Positions 33,315 through 44,940 of a DNA stretch of 64,000 nt are shown in pieces. Source of the stretch: an uncultured archaeon (lineage in GTDB: Archaea; Thermoproteota; Bathyarchaeia; Bathyarchaeales; Bathycorpusculaceae); NCBI GenBank assembly GCA_963782915.1, contig CAWALK010000022.1, positions 32,001 through 96,000 on the forward strand, written 5' to 3'. A model generated the notes under the pieces. The model was not told the origin of the DNA. It searched no databases and saw only the letters and a list, made by a program, of their open reading frames with translations. Each line of letters opens with the position of its first letter. Position 1 is the stretch's first letter. The translations under genes were made by a program, and so were the position numbers.

Positions 33315-34457
33315 ATGGCGAAATTCCTCGTTGTTCATCCTAACCTTGACATTTACGGCGGCGGAGAGCGTGTCTGCCACCACATCATCAAAGCCCTCGT
33401 TGCACATGACCAACAGGTAGAGTTGTTATCGTTTGATTTTGACGAGAATCATTACGCCGAAATTATTGGGGAAAAGCTGCCAAGCGGCATAACCATTCGC
33501 ACTTTGGGCAAGCGGGAGATTGTTGAGGCAAAACCGCCTCTATCCGTCTATAAGAGACGCCGAAACATAATCAAACTGCTAAACGCCTACAAGGCAACAG
33601 CAGAGTATGATTACACTTTTAGCACTCAAACACTCTCCGCATTTGAAACAACCCTCTTTGGCAAGGCTAAAAGGAACTTTGCTTACGTTCATTTTCCTGA
33701 AATTCCCTATGACTACGACCACTCCAAACGCAGCAAACGGATGTATCTGTGGCTCTACAAGAAACTGCTTGAACGGCACATCGGCGAATTGGATCTGCTC
33801 TTCTGCAACAGCAATTATACCAAAGCTATGACTGAGAAGTACTGGAACCGATTCGGCATCAAAGAGCCAGTCGTTGCTTATCCGCCTGTTGAGGAGCCTT
33901 TCTGGTCAAGTAAGCCTCTGGAGAAGAGAGTTAATCGTGTAGTGTATATTGCTCGGTTTATTCCGCAAAAACGGCATGAGATACTAAAGCAGTTGGCAGT
34001 CAGTTTTCCACAGCTGCAATTTGCCAGTGTAGGATTGCTCAGGGATACCGAACAAGCTTGGTATGAAGGCTTCTCGAAGGACCTCCCGACCAATTACACC
34101 TTGAAACCTAACCTGCCGGAGAAAGAGCTAACCCAATACCTGCAGGACTCCACCATCTACTGCCACTTAATGGAGGGCGAACACTTCGGAATCGCCCCGA
34201 TGGAGGCCTTGGCAAGCGGCTGCATCACTTTGGCGCATAACAGTGGCGGTAGCGGAGATTTCATACCTGAAGAGTACCGCTGGAATACGCTAGAGGACCT
34301 TAAAGAGAAAATAGCCAAATTAGCGGATTCAAGGTATAGTGTCTCCGCTTGGAACATGAAAAGTAAACTACTGCAGGAAAAGATTGCTGTTTTGAAGCCT
34401 AAGAATTTTGAGGAGCAGATTTGGGTTAACGTGGCAAAGTTGATGGAGCAGTCTTAA
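33315..34457 (+). CDS. GT4 glycosyltransferase, ALG11-like (paralog 2)
   Basis: HPNLDIYGGGERV, YVHFP, EHFGIAPME and HNSGG; clearly homologous to 27793-28926. Confidence 0.9.
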   Translation: MAKFLVVHPNLDIYGGGERVCHHIIKALVAHDQQVELLSFDFDENHYAEIIGEKLPSGITIRTLGKREIVEAKPPLSVYKRRRNIIKLLNAYKATAEYDYTFSTQTLSAFETTLFGKAKRNFAYVHFPEIPYDYDHSKRSKRMYLWLYKKLLERHIGELDLLFCNSNYTKAMTEKYWNRFGIKEPVVAYPPVEEPFWSSKPLEKRVNRVVYIARFIPQKRHEILKQLAVSFPQLQFASVGLLRDTEQAWYEGFSKDLPTNYTLKPNLPEKELTQYLQDSTIYCHLMEGEHFGIAPMEALASGCITLAHNSGGSGDFIPEEYRWNTLEDLKEKIAKLADSRYSVSAWNMKSKLLQEKIAVLKPKNFEEQIWVNVAKLMEQS

Positions 34458-34458
34458 C

Positions 34459-35427
34459 GTGGCATTGGACACATGTGTTGTCATCGTTAACTGGAACGGC
34501 CGAGAGTTACTCAAAAAGTGCCTTAGTTCCTTGTTTGCTAACACCTCCGACACCAGTTGCAGGGTAGTTGTTGTAGATAATGACAGTCGTGACGGTTCAG
34601 CCGACATGGTTGAGCAGAGTTATCCTCAGGTTAAACTATTCAGGAACTCAGTTAATGTCGGTTTTTCGAAGGCCAATAACAGGGGCATACGATATGCCCT
34701 ACAGAACGGCGCAAAATATGTCATGTTACTAAATAACGATGTTGAGATAACCGACAAAACATGGCTCGAAGAATTCACCAGTGTAATGGAATCCGACAGC
34801 AAAATGGGCATTGTAGGATGCAAACTTGTCTTTCCCGACGGAACTCTACAGCATGCTGGTGGATTAGTCAAGCTCCGTGTACCCTCTCATAGAGGAGAAT
34901 GCGAGAAAGACAAAGGCCAATATAACCGCTTCGAACTTGTTGATTATGTGACAGGTGCAGCTCTAATGATAAAGGCAGAAACCATCCGAAAAATAGGACT
35001 CTTAGACGAAGGATACTCACCGCTCTATTATGAAGACACAGACTGGTGCGTAAGAGCAAAACTATATGGATACACCATCGCATACACGCCAAAGCCCACC
35101 CTGATTCATCACTGCGGCGCATCAAGCAACAAGCTAGGCAGCGAACACAAAAAATTCTACGCCAAAAGAAGCTTCATCCGCTTTGTACTCTTAAACTACC
35201 AAACCAAAGACATCCTCAAAAGGACATTATGGTTTGAGTCCAGAGAAGTCATCAGGTGCTTTGTGGTTAAGCCTAAACGTGGACTATTGCCGCTTACTCT
35301 GAGGTCTGATGCTGCATTCAGATTAACGCTTTTTTGGCGGCCTTGGTGGGCAAACATAGGCAACCTCAAAGAAATAGTGTATTTGAGGCGTCAGCGTTTC
35401 ATTTATGGCACAAAACTGCATGTTTAG
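34459..35427 (+). CDS. GT2 glycosyltransferase
   Basis: VIVNWNG, VVDNDSRD, LLNND, GAALMI and YYEDTDWC motifs. Confidence 0.93.
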   Translation: MALDTCVVIVNWNGRELLKKCLSSLFANTSDTSCRVVVVDNDSRDGSADMVEQSYPQVKLFRNSVNVGFSKANNRGIRYALQNGAKYVMLLNNDVEITDKTWLEEFTSVMESDSKMGIVGCKLVFPDGTLQHAGGLVKLRVPSHRGECEKDKGQYNRFELVDYVTGAALMIKAETIRKIGLLDEGYSPLYYEDTDWCVRAKLYGYTIAYTPKPTLIHHCGASSNKLGSEHKKFYAKRSFIRFVLLNYQTKDILKRTLWFESREVIRCFVVKPKRGLLPLTLRSDAAFRLTLFWRPWWANIGNLKEIVYLRRQRFIYGTKLHV

Positions 35428-35447
35428 GATTCAACAAATGGATTAGG

Positions 35448-36605
35448 CTATAAGACCTTACGGTAAACATCGGCTATCTCGCCTGCTACCTTGTTTGCTT
35501 CAAAGCGTTCTAATACCCATTTACGACCATTATCGCCGTAGTTATCTCTTAATTTCTTATTACTCGATAGCTCTTCAAGAGCAGAGGATAGGGCAGCGGG
35601 ATTATGGGGTTCAACCAAAAGGCCAGTGCTATGATCCTTAACTACTTCAGGTATAGAGCCACTCCAAGTGGAAACAACGGGTTTAGCGCAAGCCATCCCC
35701 TCGACTAGTGAATTACCAAATTGTTCGGCCCAAAACTTTGTTTCCGCACTGGGCAAACAGAAAATGTCAGCTATATTGTGAATTACAGGCATTTCAGCGT
35801 ATTTTATGGAGCCTAAAAACTTGACTTTATCATTAATCATGAGTTTTGTGGTTTGTTTGTGTATTTGCTCGGTCATTTCGAGGGTGCCGGAACCAGCTAT
35901 TAGTAGTTCAAGGTTGACATTGTTTTTTTGTATAGTTGAGAAGGCGTTGAGAAGATCGAATATGCCTTTTTCTTCAACGAATCGGCCTACAAATAGGATT
36001 TTAAGAGTGGAGTCGGTGAGACCGAGTCGCTGCATTGTTTTAGGGTCCTTACTGGCTGGTTTGAATAAGTCGCAGTCTATACCTGAAGGTATAACCGAGA
36101 TACGATTAGGGTCTGTTCCTTCAGTGATTAGCATCTGTCGCGCTTTTTCTGTTATTGCGATAAAATGAGCTACATGTTCTCGGTTGTACTTTTTTATTTT
36201 TGAGTATGGGCGCCCTTCATGTATAAAGGGGATGTTTTCCCATTCTGTTGTTACTGTGGGGATTCCTGTTTTTACTGCTTGGTAAGTGAAGGGGTACCAA
36301 GAATCGGCTGAGTGAAGTACATCTAAGTCTTTAGTTAATCCTTTTAGATTATTTACTTTGAAGTAGAACGATTTGAAGTTATAGCCTGTTAATTCTGTTG
36401 CTACTCCTAATGCTAATCCGAGTTTTCCTCTTGTTACTGTGTTAAAGTTGCTTCCAATTCGGAGCTGTAAAGGAACCTCTTGCTTAACGGGATTATCGGA
36501 GGTGGTGATACCTACCGGCTGAAACCCATAATTGGGGAGTTTATTAAAAAAGTGTCCTTCAGATGGACCCAGACCTGAGCCTCTTAGAATGCCTACTTTA
36601 TACAA
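35448..36605 (-). CDS. GT4 glycosyltransferase
   Basis: LFVGRFVEEKG, EQFGNSLVEGMA and GSIPEVV motifs. Confidence 0.92.
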   Translation of the reverse strand: MYKVGILRGSGLGPSEGHFFNKLPNYGFQPVGITTSDNPVKQEVPLQLRIGSNFNTVTRGKLGLALGVATELTGYNFKSFYFKVNNLKGLTKDLDVLHSADSWYPFTYQAVKTGIPTVTTEWENIPFIHEGRPYSKIKKYNREHVAHFIAITEKARQMLITEGTDPNRISVIPSGIDCDLFKPASKDPKTMQRLGLTDSTLKILFVGRFVEEKGIFDLLNAFSTIQKNNVNLELLIAGSGTLEMTEQIHKQTTKLMINDKVKFLGSIKYAEMPVIHNIADIFCLPSAETKFWAEQFGNSLVEGMACAKPVVSTWSGSIPEVVKDHSTGLLVEPHNPAALSSALEELSSNKKLRDNYGDNGRKWVLERFEANKVAGEIADVYRKVL

Positions 36606-36684
36606 GAATCAGCCAGCCACCGAGCAAATGTTTCATTGTAGACTCAATATGTTAACTGAAATAATAATTTATCACACGCTGAGA

Positions 36685-36954
36685 TTATAGCAGCAGCTTA
36701 ACCAGATAGTCCATGAGTTCGGTTTTGCTTTTCATGCCGCGGAAAATGGCTTTGCCGCTTGCGTAGAGCCGAAAAGAAACCCCTTCATACGTTAACTCAA
36801 AGATGATGCCGGCGATGGTGTTTTTGAGGGTAGCTCTTTTCATTATTATGGCGATGGCTTCATCTTTTTTTTCATACTTGAAATTGACTATAACGTCGCT
36901 TTCTGCTCCACAAGTACCCTCAATACGGGAAACGTAGTCTGTGACCGTGGACAT
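36685..36954 (-). CDS. Hypothetical protein cotranscribed with the Fe-S cluster genes
   Basis: 89-aa ORF whose start overlaps the sufS stop; FRLYASGKAIFRG beta-rich end. Confidence 0.65.
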   Translation of the reverse strand: MSTVTDYVSRIEGTCGAESDVIVNFKYEKKDEAIAIIMKRATLKNTIAGIIFELTYEGVSFRLYASGKAIFRGMKSKTELMDYLVKLLL

Positions 36955-38176
36955 TAGAGTTTGTCGAGCTCCCCAAGGATTTCTACAAATCGGTCTATTT
37001 CTTTTTTTGTATTGTAGAGGTAGAAGCTTGCCCGAGCTGAAGAGGACAGCTTGAAGATTTCGTGGAGGGGTTGTGCACAGTGGTAGCCGCTTCGGAGCAT
37101 TACGCCGTAGTTGTCGAAGAATAGTGCGATGTCATGGCTGGACATGCCTTTGATGCCGAACGGTATTATGCCGCATTTTTTGGATGATGTCGCTTGGGCC
37201 GTAGATTGTTGTTTTGCTGCATTCTTTCATGCGTTCAGTGGCATATCGGGTTAGTTCTTTCTCGTGACTAAAAACAGCATCCATTCCCAGTGCTTCGAGG
37301 TATTTGATGGCTGCGCCTAAACCGACTGCGCCACAGATGTTCGGTGTACCTGCCTCGAATTTGTATGGCAACTCATTCCATGATACATTGCATTGGCCTT
37401 GGCGGACTGAGACTTCCCGTATCATTTCGCCTCCGCCTTGGAAGGGAGACATTTTTTGGAGAATCTCTTTTTTGCCGTATAATGCGCCGATGCCTGTTGG
37501 TCCAAGCATCTTGTGGCCAGAGAAGGCGAGAAAATCCGCATCCAAGTCTTGGACGTCGATTTTCATGTGGGGCACGGATTGGGCTGCGTCAACGAGCATT
37601 AATGCGCCATTGTCATGGGCTGCTTTGCCTATGCGTTTAACGTCGTTTATGACGCCTGTGACGTTTGAGACGTGGCTTAGGCAACAAATTTTTGTTTTAC
37701 TGGTGATTTTGCTTTCGTAATCTGCATAGTCAAGGGTGCCGTCGTTCGTTGACGTTTGCGTATTTGATTGTGAAGCCCTTGATTTTTGCGGTGATTTCCC
37801 ATGGCACGATGTTGCTGTGGTGCTCCATGAGGGAAACCAGCACTTCGTCCCCTTTGCCTAAGTTCTGTAGTCCCCATGAGTAGGCGACTAAGTTTATGGC
37901 TTCAGTTGTGCCCCGCACGAAGATGACTTCGCCTGTGGATTTGGCGTTTATGAAGCGGACTACGCATTCGCGGCCTCTTTCATAGAGGTCAGTTGCTTCC
38001 GCACTAAGCGTGTGGACGCCTCGGTGGACGTTGCCGTTATGGTTTTCGTAGTAGTCGGTTATGGCGTCGATGACTTGGCGGGGTTTCTGGGTCGTAGCTG
38101 CATTGTCAAAATAGATAAGGGGATAGCCGTTGATCTTCCTGTTTAAAATGGGGAAGTCTTGGCGGTGGGCTTCCAT
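36954..38176 (-). CDS. sufS: SufS-type (group II) cysteine desulfurase; two frameshifts
   Basis: YFDNAATTQKP, MEHHSN, DAAQ, FSGHKMLGPTG, EAGTPN, RSGYHCAQPL and RASFYLYN motifs. Confidence 0.92.
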
Positions 38177-38181
38177 GGATG

Positions 38182-38694
38182 TTATTGTTTTTCTGCCTCA
38201 GGTTTTAGCCTCTTAGAGAGTGTTTTTGCCAGTTCCTCTTCTTCGAGTGCCTGTTTTTCTTCGAAGGTGTGCTCTTTTGATAGCCATGTTGGGAGTTCTG
38301 CGCCTTTTTGGGTGAAGTATTGGCGTATGGCGCGTTTGAGTGCGCCGACGGCTAGGACTCCGCAGTGGAATTTGACGCTTGGTAAGCCGCCGATTTCGTC
38401 GGTGACTTTTTTCCATGTGATCTCGTTCCATGCGACTTCAAGTGTTAGGCCTTTGATCATTTCGGTGACTATGCTGGATGTGGCGATGTTGGCGGCGCAT
38501 CCGTAGCTTTCAAACTGGGCTTTTTCGATGACTTGTTTGGGTTCGTCGATTTTTAGGTAGAAAGTGATCATGTCTCCGCATGCAGGGTTACCTGCGACGG
38601 CGACGACTGTTGCATCTTCCATTTTGCCCAAGTTTTTGGGGTTGCGGAATAAATCCATGACTTTAGGGTTATACGGTAAGGGTATACGTGACAT
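38182..38694 (-). CDS. iscU: IscU/NifU-type Fe-S scaffold
   Basis: NPKNLG, GNPACGD, YGCAANIA and GGLPSVKFHC motifs; start at 38694. Confidence 0.92.
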   Translation of the reverse strand: MSRIPLPYNPKVMDLFRNPKNLGKMEDATVVAVAGNPACGDMITFYLKIDEPKQVIEKAQFESYGCAANIATSSIVTEMIKGLTLEVAWNEITWKKVTDEIGGLPSVKFHCGVLAVGALKRAIRQYFTQKGAELPTWLSKEHTFEEKQALEEEELAKTLSKRLKPEAEKQ

Positions 38695-38696
38695 AT

Positions 38697-39921
38697 TTAA
38701 TGCACTCCTGTTGAGCCAACTATCCCTCTGATACGATTCACTGCTGATGGTAAGACTTTCAGAACGTAGGCTATATCTTCTTCTGTGTGGTTTCGGGTGA
38801 CTTTCATGAGGATGCTGCCGTGTGCTTCTTCGAAGATGCGTCCGATGGCGATTAAGACGTGGCTGGGTTGCAGTAAGCGTCGGCTGCATGCGCTTCCGCT
38901 GGATACGTAGACGCCTTTGAGGCTGAGTTCGATGGTTAGGGCTTCTCCTTCGGCGCGTAGGATGCTGACGTTGGCGTTGTCTGGGCTGCGTTTGTCGCCT
39001 TTTGGTCCGTTAAAGCGTAGGTCTGGTAGTTCAGCGAATATGCCATCGACTAGTTTGTCGCGGAGCATGCGCATTTTGGCGGTGTTAGCTTCAAAGTTGG
39101 CGAATGCGAGTTCGGAGGCTTTGGTGAAGCCAACGATTAGCGGAGTGTTTTCTACGCCTGGCCAAAGTTTTTGTGTGCCGATTGGCCCTTCGAGGATGCG
39201 TTCGAGGTTTACGCCTTCTTTGAGGTACATGGCGCCCATGCCTCGGGGGCCTTGGATTTTGTAGCTGCTGACTGTTGCCATGTCTACGCCTAAGGTTTGT
39301 ACGTTTAGGGGTATTCTGCCGTAGGCGTCTGAGGCGTCTGTGTGGAATAGTGTGTTTGGGTTTTTTGTTTTGACGATGTCGACTGCTTCTTTGATGGGTT
39401 GTATGGTGCCGATTTCGTTGTTTACGCTTTGAGATGCTGACCAATGCGGTGTCGTTGTCGACGGCTTCTTTGAGTATCTCGAGGTTGACGAAGCCTTCGC
39501 GGTTTACTGGAATTTTCTGTGTGATGAAGCCGAATTTGCCCATCATTTCGGCGACTTGCAGTACGTTGATGGGTTCGATTTCGCTGATGACGATTTTTTT
39601 GGCTTTGCCTTTTTGTAAGAAGCAGCTGCCCATTATGGCGAGGTTGTTGGCTTCTGTTTCGCCTGGTGTGAATGTGATTTCTTCTAGGTTTTTTGCGCCG
39701 AGGTAGCCGCTGACTTTGCTAAAGCAGCCCATGAGGGTTTCGAATGCTTCCCAGCCTGGCTTGTGGGTGAGTGTGGGGTTAGCGTAGGCTTTTTTGTTCC
39801 AGTAGGGCAGCATGGCGTCTATGACTTCTTGGGGAACGATGCTGGAGTTTTCGTTGTCGAGGTACACCTCGTGGGTGATGCCTTCGTGTAGTTTGAGTAG
39901 TTCTTTTACGTTTTCAACCAT
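38697..39921 (-). CDS. Divergent IscS/NifS-like (group I) cysteine desulfurase; frameshift near 39430
   Basis: YLDN, TEANN, NEIGT, SSYKIQGPRG and SSGSACS..PSHVL motifs. Confidence 0.85.
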
Positions 39922-40179
39922 ACAGTATCCTACCATAAGTTTTGTGGATAGATAACTCGTCACTTTGCTAGTGCGTGTTCAAGTAAAAAAACCTAACCAC
40001 AAAACGCCTCAGACAGACCGCTTGAGTAACAAGCGCTGAATCAAAATCGACAATCAATTGTTGACTTGCCCTTGTCAATCCAAGGTGGCTAAACAGGCAA
40101 AAAATACTCGGGCGGCTAAAAAACCCTAATAAACCCATAGGGCATAGATACGACAATCAAAATTATTCGGCGAAATCCA

Positions 40180-42464
40180 GTGAAGATTGCAGAGTTATCA
40201 GTACTAGATTCAGTCAAAGAAGTCCTAGCGGGCGTAGGCATATGCGAGTTGTTCCCGCCCCAAGAGGAATGCATACGCAACGGAGTGCTCACAGGGCAAA
40301 ATATCTTGCTTGCCAGCCCCACTGCTTCGGGTAAAACTTTGATTGCTGAACTCTGCGCCATGAAGCATGTTTTGGAGAATAATGGCAAAGTCATCTATCT
40401 CTCGCCGCTAAGGGCGTTGGCGAGTGAGAAGTATGAGGAATTCAAAAAGTATTGCTCTATCACTAAAGTTAACGGCAGGAAAGTGAGTGTCGGAATCAGC
40501 ACAGGTGACTTCGACACCGCCGACAATTGGCTTGAACGCTATGACGTAATCATCACCACCAACGAGAAGGCAGATTCGCTTCTCCGACATCGCGCCAAAT
40601 GGATGGAAAGCATCAGCGCAGTCATAGCCGACGAAGTGCATCTCCTAAACGATGGTGGGCGCGGTCCGACACTCGAAATCGTTTTGGCACGGCTGATGCA
40701 GTGCAACCCAAACATCCAAATCCTCGCCCTATCCGCCACAATCAGCAACGTGGACGAAATCGCAGGTTGGCTAAACGCTAAATCCATCGTCACCACATGG
40801 CGCCCCATCAACCTCAAAGAAGGCGTAATCTTACAAGACGAAATCAGCTATAAGGATGGCGAATCACGCAAGATTGAGCGGGAAACCAGCTTTACAGTCA
40901 TAAACTTGGTTCTAAACACCCTTCGCAACGGTGGTCAAGCATTGATTTTTGCGTCTACCCGCAAGAACGCTGTTTCTGCTGCAAAGCAGGTTGCCAGCCA
41001 TATGGACAAGGTGTTGGTGCCTAAGAGTGGCTCAAAGATTGTTAAGAAGGGTCTTGAAGAGCAAACCAGAGGACCACTGGAAAAAGAAGCCAAAAAAATT
41101 CTTGAGGCTGGCGAACATACACAGATGAGTGAGGAACTCGCCGATTTAGTCCGCTGCGCTACGGCTTATCATCATGCAGGGTTGTCGGGTGCCCACCGAA
41201 AAATCATAGAGGATGCGTTTAAGGAGCGAAAAATCAAGGTTTTAACTGCCACTCCAACGTTGGCTTGGGGCGTCAACTTACCCGCAAGAACAGTCATCAT
41301 TCAGGATTACCGCCGCTTCGAAGCAGGCTTAGGCAACTACCCCATCCCCGTCTTAGACTACAAGCAGATGGCTGGGCGTGCAGGCAGACCGAAATATGAC
41401 AAATTCGGCGAATCCGTCATAATCGCCAAAACCGCCGACGAAGCAGACTACCTCATGGAAAGCTACGTCATGGCTAAACCCGAACGCATCTGGTCACGCC
41501 TCGCAGTCGAAAAAATCATCCGCACCCACGTACTCTCAACCATCGCCAGCGACTACGCCCACACCGAAGAAGGCATCTACGAATTCTTCCGTAAAACCTT
41601 CTACGCCTACCAATACGACGTAAAAGCCATCCAAGCGTCATCAACAAAATCCTGCGCTTCCTCCATGACGAAGAAATGATATGCGTCGTCGGCGACCAAA
41701 TCCTAGCCACCAAATTCGGCAAACGCATAAGCGAACTCTACATTGACCCACTCAGCGGCGTCATCATACGAGACGCACTCCAAACCAAACCGCCAACCCT
41801 AACAGAATTCAGCCTACTCCAGCTAATCGCGCATACACCCGACATGGGACCCATCATGCGCCCCTACCAACGTGAAGTTGACAAGTTATCGCTTGAATTA
41901 GAAGACCACCGAGGGGAACTCTTCGTTGAAGTCCCAGAACAAGCAGGCGACTACGTGGGTTACGCAGAGTTCTTAGGCGAAGTCAAAACCGCCATGGTCA
42001 TGAACAGTTGGATCGACGAATTACCCGAAGACAAAATACTGGAACGCTTCAATGTACAACCAGGCGATTTATACCGCACTATCGAAAACGCCAAATGGCT
42101 CCTGCATGCCATCGAAGAAATCTCGCCAGTCATCGCTAAAAACAAAGAAGTCACCGCACTCAGCACAGAACTGGTTGAGCGGGTTTCAAAGGGCATAAAA
42201 CAGGAACTCATGCCCATCGTTGCAATAGAAGGCGTCGGCAGAGTCAGAGGACGCATCATCTTTAACTCAGGTTTCCAAACCGTTGAAGACCTCAAAAAAG
42301 CTTCAATAGAAGAATTAACCGCATTGCCCTCTGTTGGTCCGAGATTGGCTAAGAAAATTAAGGAGCAAGTCGGCGGATACATAAAGAAGGATGAATGGGA
42401 AAGCCTCAGCAAAGCCAGTAAAGCGCCTGAGGAAGCCCAACAAAAAGGGCTTTTTGACTTCTAA
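40180..42464 (+). CDS. hel308: Ski2-like ATP-dependent DNA helicase Hel308; frameshift near 41640
   Basis: PTASGKT, DEVH, LSAT, HHAGL, GVNLPA, QMAGRAGRP and C-terminal HhH GVGRVRGR. Confidence 0.93.
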
Positions 42465-43798
42465 GCGCCCGCTGCGAACCGTTCAGCTTGCGCTACGGCT
42501 GTGCCCAAGTAGTTTTTGGGGTTCAACGCCGCATCAATTTCTTTCTCGCTAAGCAGGCTGCTTACAGTTTTGTCTTCTTGCAGTGTTTGCTTGAAGGGTT
42601 TCTTTTCGACTGCACTTTTGATGGTTAATTGTCGGAGCAGTTCATGTGCTTCCTGTCGGTTGTACCCTTTTTTGGCGAGTGCCATCATGACGGATTCCGA
42701 CATTGTGCGTCCTTCAGTTATTGACATGTTTGTTAGCATGCGTTGGCTGTCGACTCGCAGGTTTGCGGTGATGTTAACCATGAGGCTCAGGATGTAGTCG
42801 AGGAGTATGCTTGATTCGGGTAGTACGAAGCGTTCGGTGGATGATTGTGTTAGGTCGCGTTCATGCCAAGTTATCATGTCCTCGAGTGCGGGCATGTTGA
42901 GGCTTCGTACGATTCTGGCTAAGCCGCAGACGCGTTCGCAGGTTTCGGGGTTTTGTTTGTGGGGCATGGTGGAGCTGCCGACTTGTTTTTTGGCTTCGAA
43001 GGATTCGAAGATTTCGGCGATTTCGGGGCGTTGGAGTTCGCGGATTTCGGTTGCAAAGTTTTCCAATGAAGAGGCAATCATGGCGTAGATTGAAATGAGT
43101 TCCGCGTAGCGGTCGCGTTGCACAATTTGGGTTGAAATCTCGGCGGCACTGATGCCCAAGCGTTTCATTACCAGCGCTTGGATTTCGGGTGCATGCTCGC
43201 CAAGTCCTGCTTGTGTGCCGACTGCGCCACTGACTTTGCCAGCCACGACGCGTTTTTTGCATTCGTCGAGGCGTTGGATGTGCCTGTTTACTTCATAGCC
43301 CCAGACTGCGAATTTGAAGCCTAAAGTGATTGGGAGGGCGTGTTGACCGTGTGTTCTGCCAATCATTACAGTATCTTTGTGGGTGAGAGCTTGTTTTTGG
43401 AGGATAACTTTGAATTCAGTTAATCGTTTTTCGAGGACTGCGATGGCATCTTTCAATTGTAGCGCGTTGGCTGTGTCTACAATGTCATAGCTTGTAGCAC
43501 CCAAGTGCACGTATGCGCCGCTTTCGCCACACTGCTCAGACAAAGCCCGAACCAGCGAGGCAATGTCATGTTTAATCTCTTTCTCGATGGCTTTAACCCG
43601 CTCAACCTTAACGTATTTGGTGGATGCCATCTGTGCGATTTTTTCTGCATCCTTTTGGGGGATGTTACCCACTTGGGCATGCGCCAGTGCCAACGCTGCT
43701 TCAACATCCAAGAGTTTCTGTGTGCGGGTTTCTTCATCGAAGATTTTTAGCATTTCGGGCGTTCCGTAACGTCCTGTGTCTATGGGTAAGATTGGCAA
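42461..43798 (-). CDS. purB: Adenylosuccinate lyase
   Basis: HLGATS, GRTHGQHA, GSSTMPHKQNP and WHERDL motifs. Confidence 0.97.
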   Translation of the reverse strand: MPILPIDTGRYGTPEMLKIFDEETRTQKLLDVEAALALAHAQVGNIPQKDAEKIAQMASTKYVKVERVKAIEKEIKHDIASLVRALSEQCGESGAYVHLGATSYDIVDTANALQLKDAIAVLEKRLTEFKVILQKQALTHKDTVMIGRTHGQHALPITLGFKFAVWGYEVNRHIQRLDECKKRVVAGKVSGAVGTQAGLGEHAPEIQALVMKRLGISAAEISTQIVQRDRYAELISIYAMIASSLENFATEIRELQRPEIAEIFESFEAKKQVGSSTMPHKQNPETCERVCGLARIVRSLNMPALEDMITWHERDLTQSSTERFVLPESSILLDYILSLMVNITANLRVDSQRMLTNMSITEGRTMSESVMMALAKKGYNRQEAHELLRQLTIKSAVEKKPFKQTLQEDKTVSSLLSEKEIDAALNPKNYLGTAVAQAERFAAGA

Positions 43799-43964
43799 GG
43801 GAAAGTTTCCTCAGGTGAAGGTATTGGTGATTAAAGATTAATGTTTTTTGAGAAAAAAATCGTTAAAGATAGGTTTGTTTCAACTTTTCACGATATTGAA
43901 GTTTGTGGGCGCAAACAAGCGGAGGAGCGGATTTGAGCGACAGAAAAGGTCGCACCGTTTTGGA

Positions 43965-44801
43965 TTAAAAAGTGTTCGAGAAAATGCCGATAAAGACAGG
44001 AATGTCTGTTCCAGCGTGAAACAAGGTTGAGCCTAATAGGCTATCAGTGCGTTGCATGATATAACCCCAAATAAGTCCCAGAGAGAATGTGAAAACTACT
44101 AGAACCCAAATAAAAGGTGTGTAAGCGTTGAGCCCTACTCCCGCTACTGAGTGACTCAGAGAGAAAATTATCGCCTGTAAGAGGTTAGACGTTTTTAACC
44201 CGAGCTTTGGCTGATATTTTTTCAGGAAAAGCCCTCTATACAGTAATTCTTCTCTAACTCCATTTAGCAGTACAATCGGTATTATGTAGGGCAGCCAAGC
44301 AATTACTTTGTCTACGTTTAGATTTTGACCTTGAAACAGGTACTGTGCTGCTGGAATAGAGGTTAAAGCAAAAAAGAAAAACCCGATTAACCCAAATATC
44401 AAACCTAATTTGATGTTTCCTTTCTTTAGGAAAATCGAGCCGAAAGATACTCCCGAAATTCGAGTCAAAATAATTATGGTGCTTACAATTATTGAAGTGC
44501 TTACCAGCATATCTAGAAATAGTCCACTCATTGTTCCTGATGGCAAGTTAACCAAGAAATCGAAAAATATCGCCAAAGAAGCTATGAAAAAACCAAAGAA
44601 GATTTGCCAATAACACTTCAACGATTTGCGGCTGCGCAGAAAAAATGCCGTGGATAAAAATATTAATGAAAGAATTAGGGTGTATGCAAGAGTTAATTCA
44701 TTTGGTACTACTGAAAAAGGGAAAACCAACAAGCCTGAAAGAGAAGGTAAGCTAATACCGCACAGTAGTAGCAACAAGAATAGGTATATGCGGTGTTTCA
44801 T
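43965..44801 (-). CDS. CPBP (CAAX/Abi) family intramembrane metalloprotease
   Basis: Multiple TM helices; EELLYRG, FSLSH and FHAGTD motifs. Confidence 0.88.
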   Translation of the reverse strand: MKHRIYLFLLLLLCGISLPSLSGLLVFPFSVVPNELTLAYTLILSLIFLSTAFFLRSRKSLKCYWQIFFGFFIASLAIFFDFLVNLPSGTMSGLFLDMLVSTSIIVSTIIILTRISGVSFGSIFLKKGNIKLGLIFGLIGFFFFALTSIPAAQYLFQGQNLNVDKVIAWLPYIIPIVLLNGVREELLYRGLFLKKYQPKLGLKTSNLLQAIIFSLSHSVAGVGLNAYTPFIWVLVVFTFSLGLIWGYIMQRTDSLLGSTLFHAGTDIPVFIGIFSNTF

Positions 44802-44940
44802 TTTCAGCCCTTGTCTGATGGTATACTTCATTTTCTTTAAAAGCTTTAACAATCAGTACTTGAGCGACAGAAAAACTCAGAATATTAATGTTTACCGATA
44901 CCACTATGTTTGATGTATATTGTTTACGGTGCATTTACAA

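Noticed and set aside
41630-41680. Programmed frameshift or split Hel308
   Set aside because: No clear slippery site, and indels are common throughout the window
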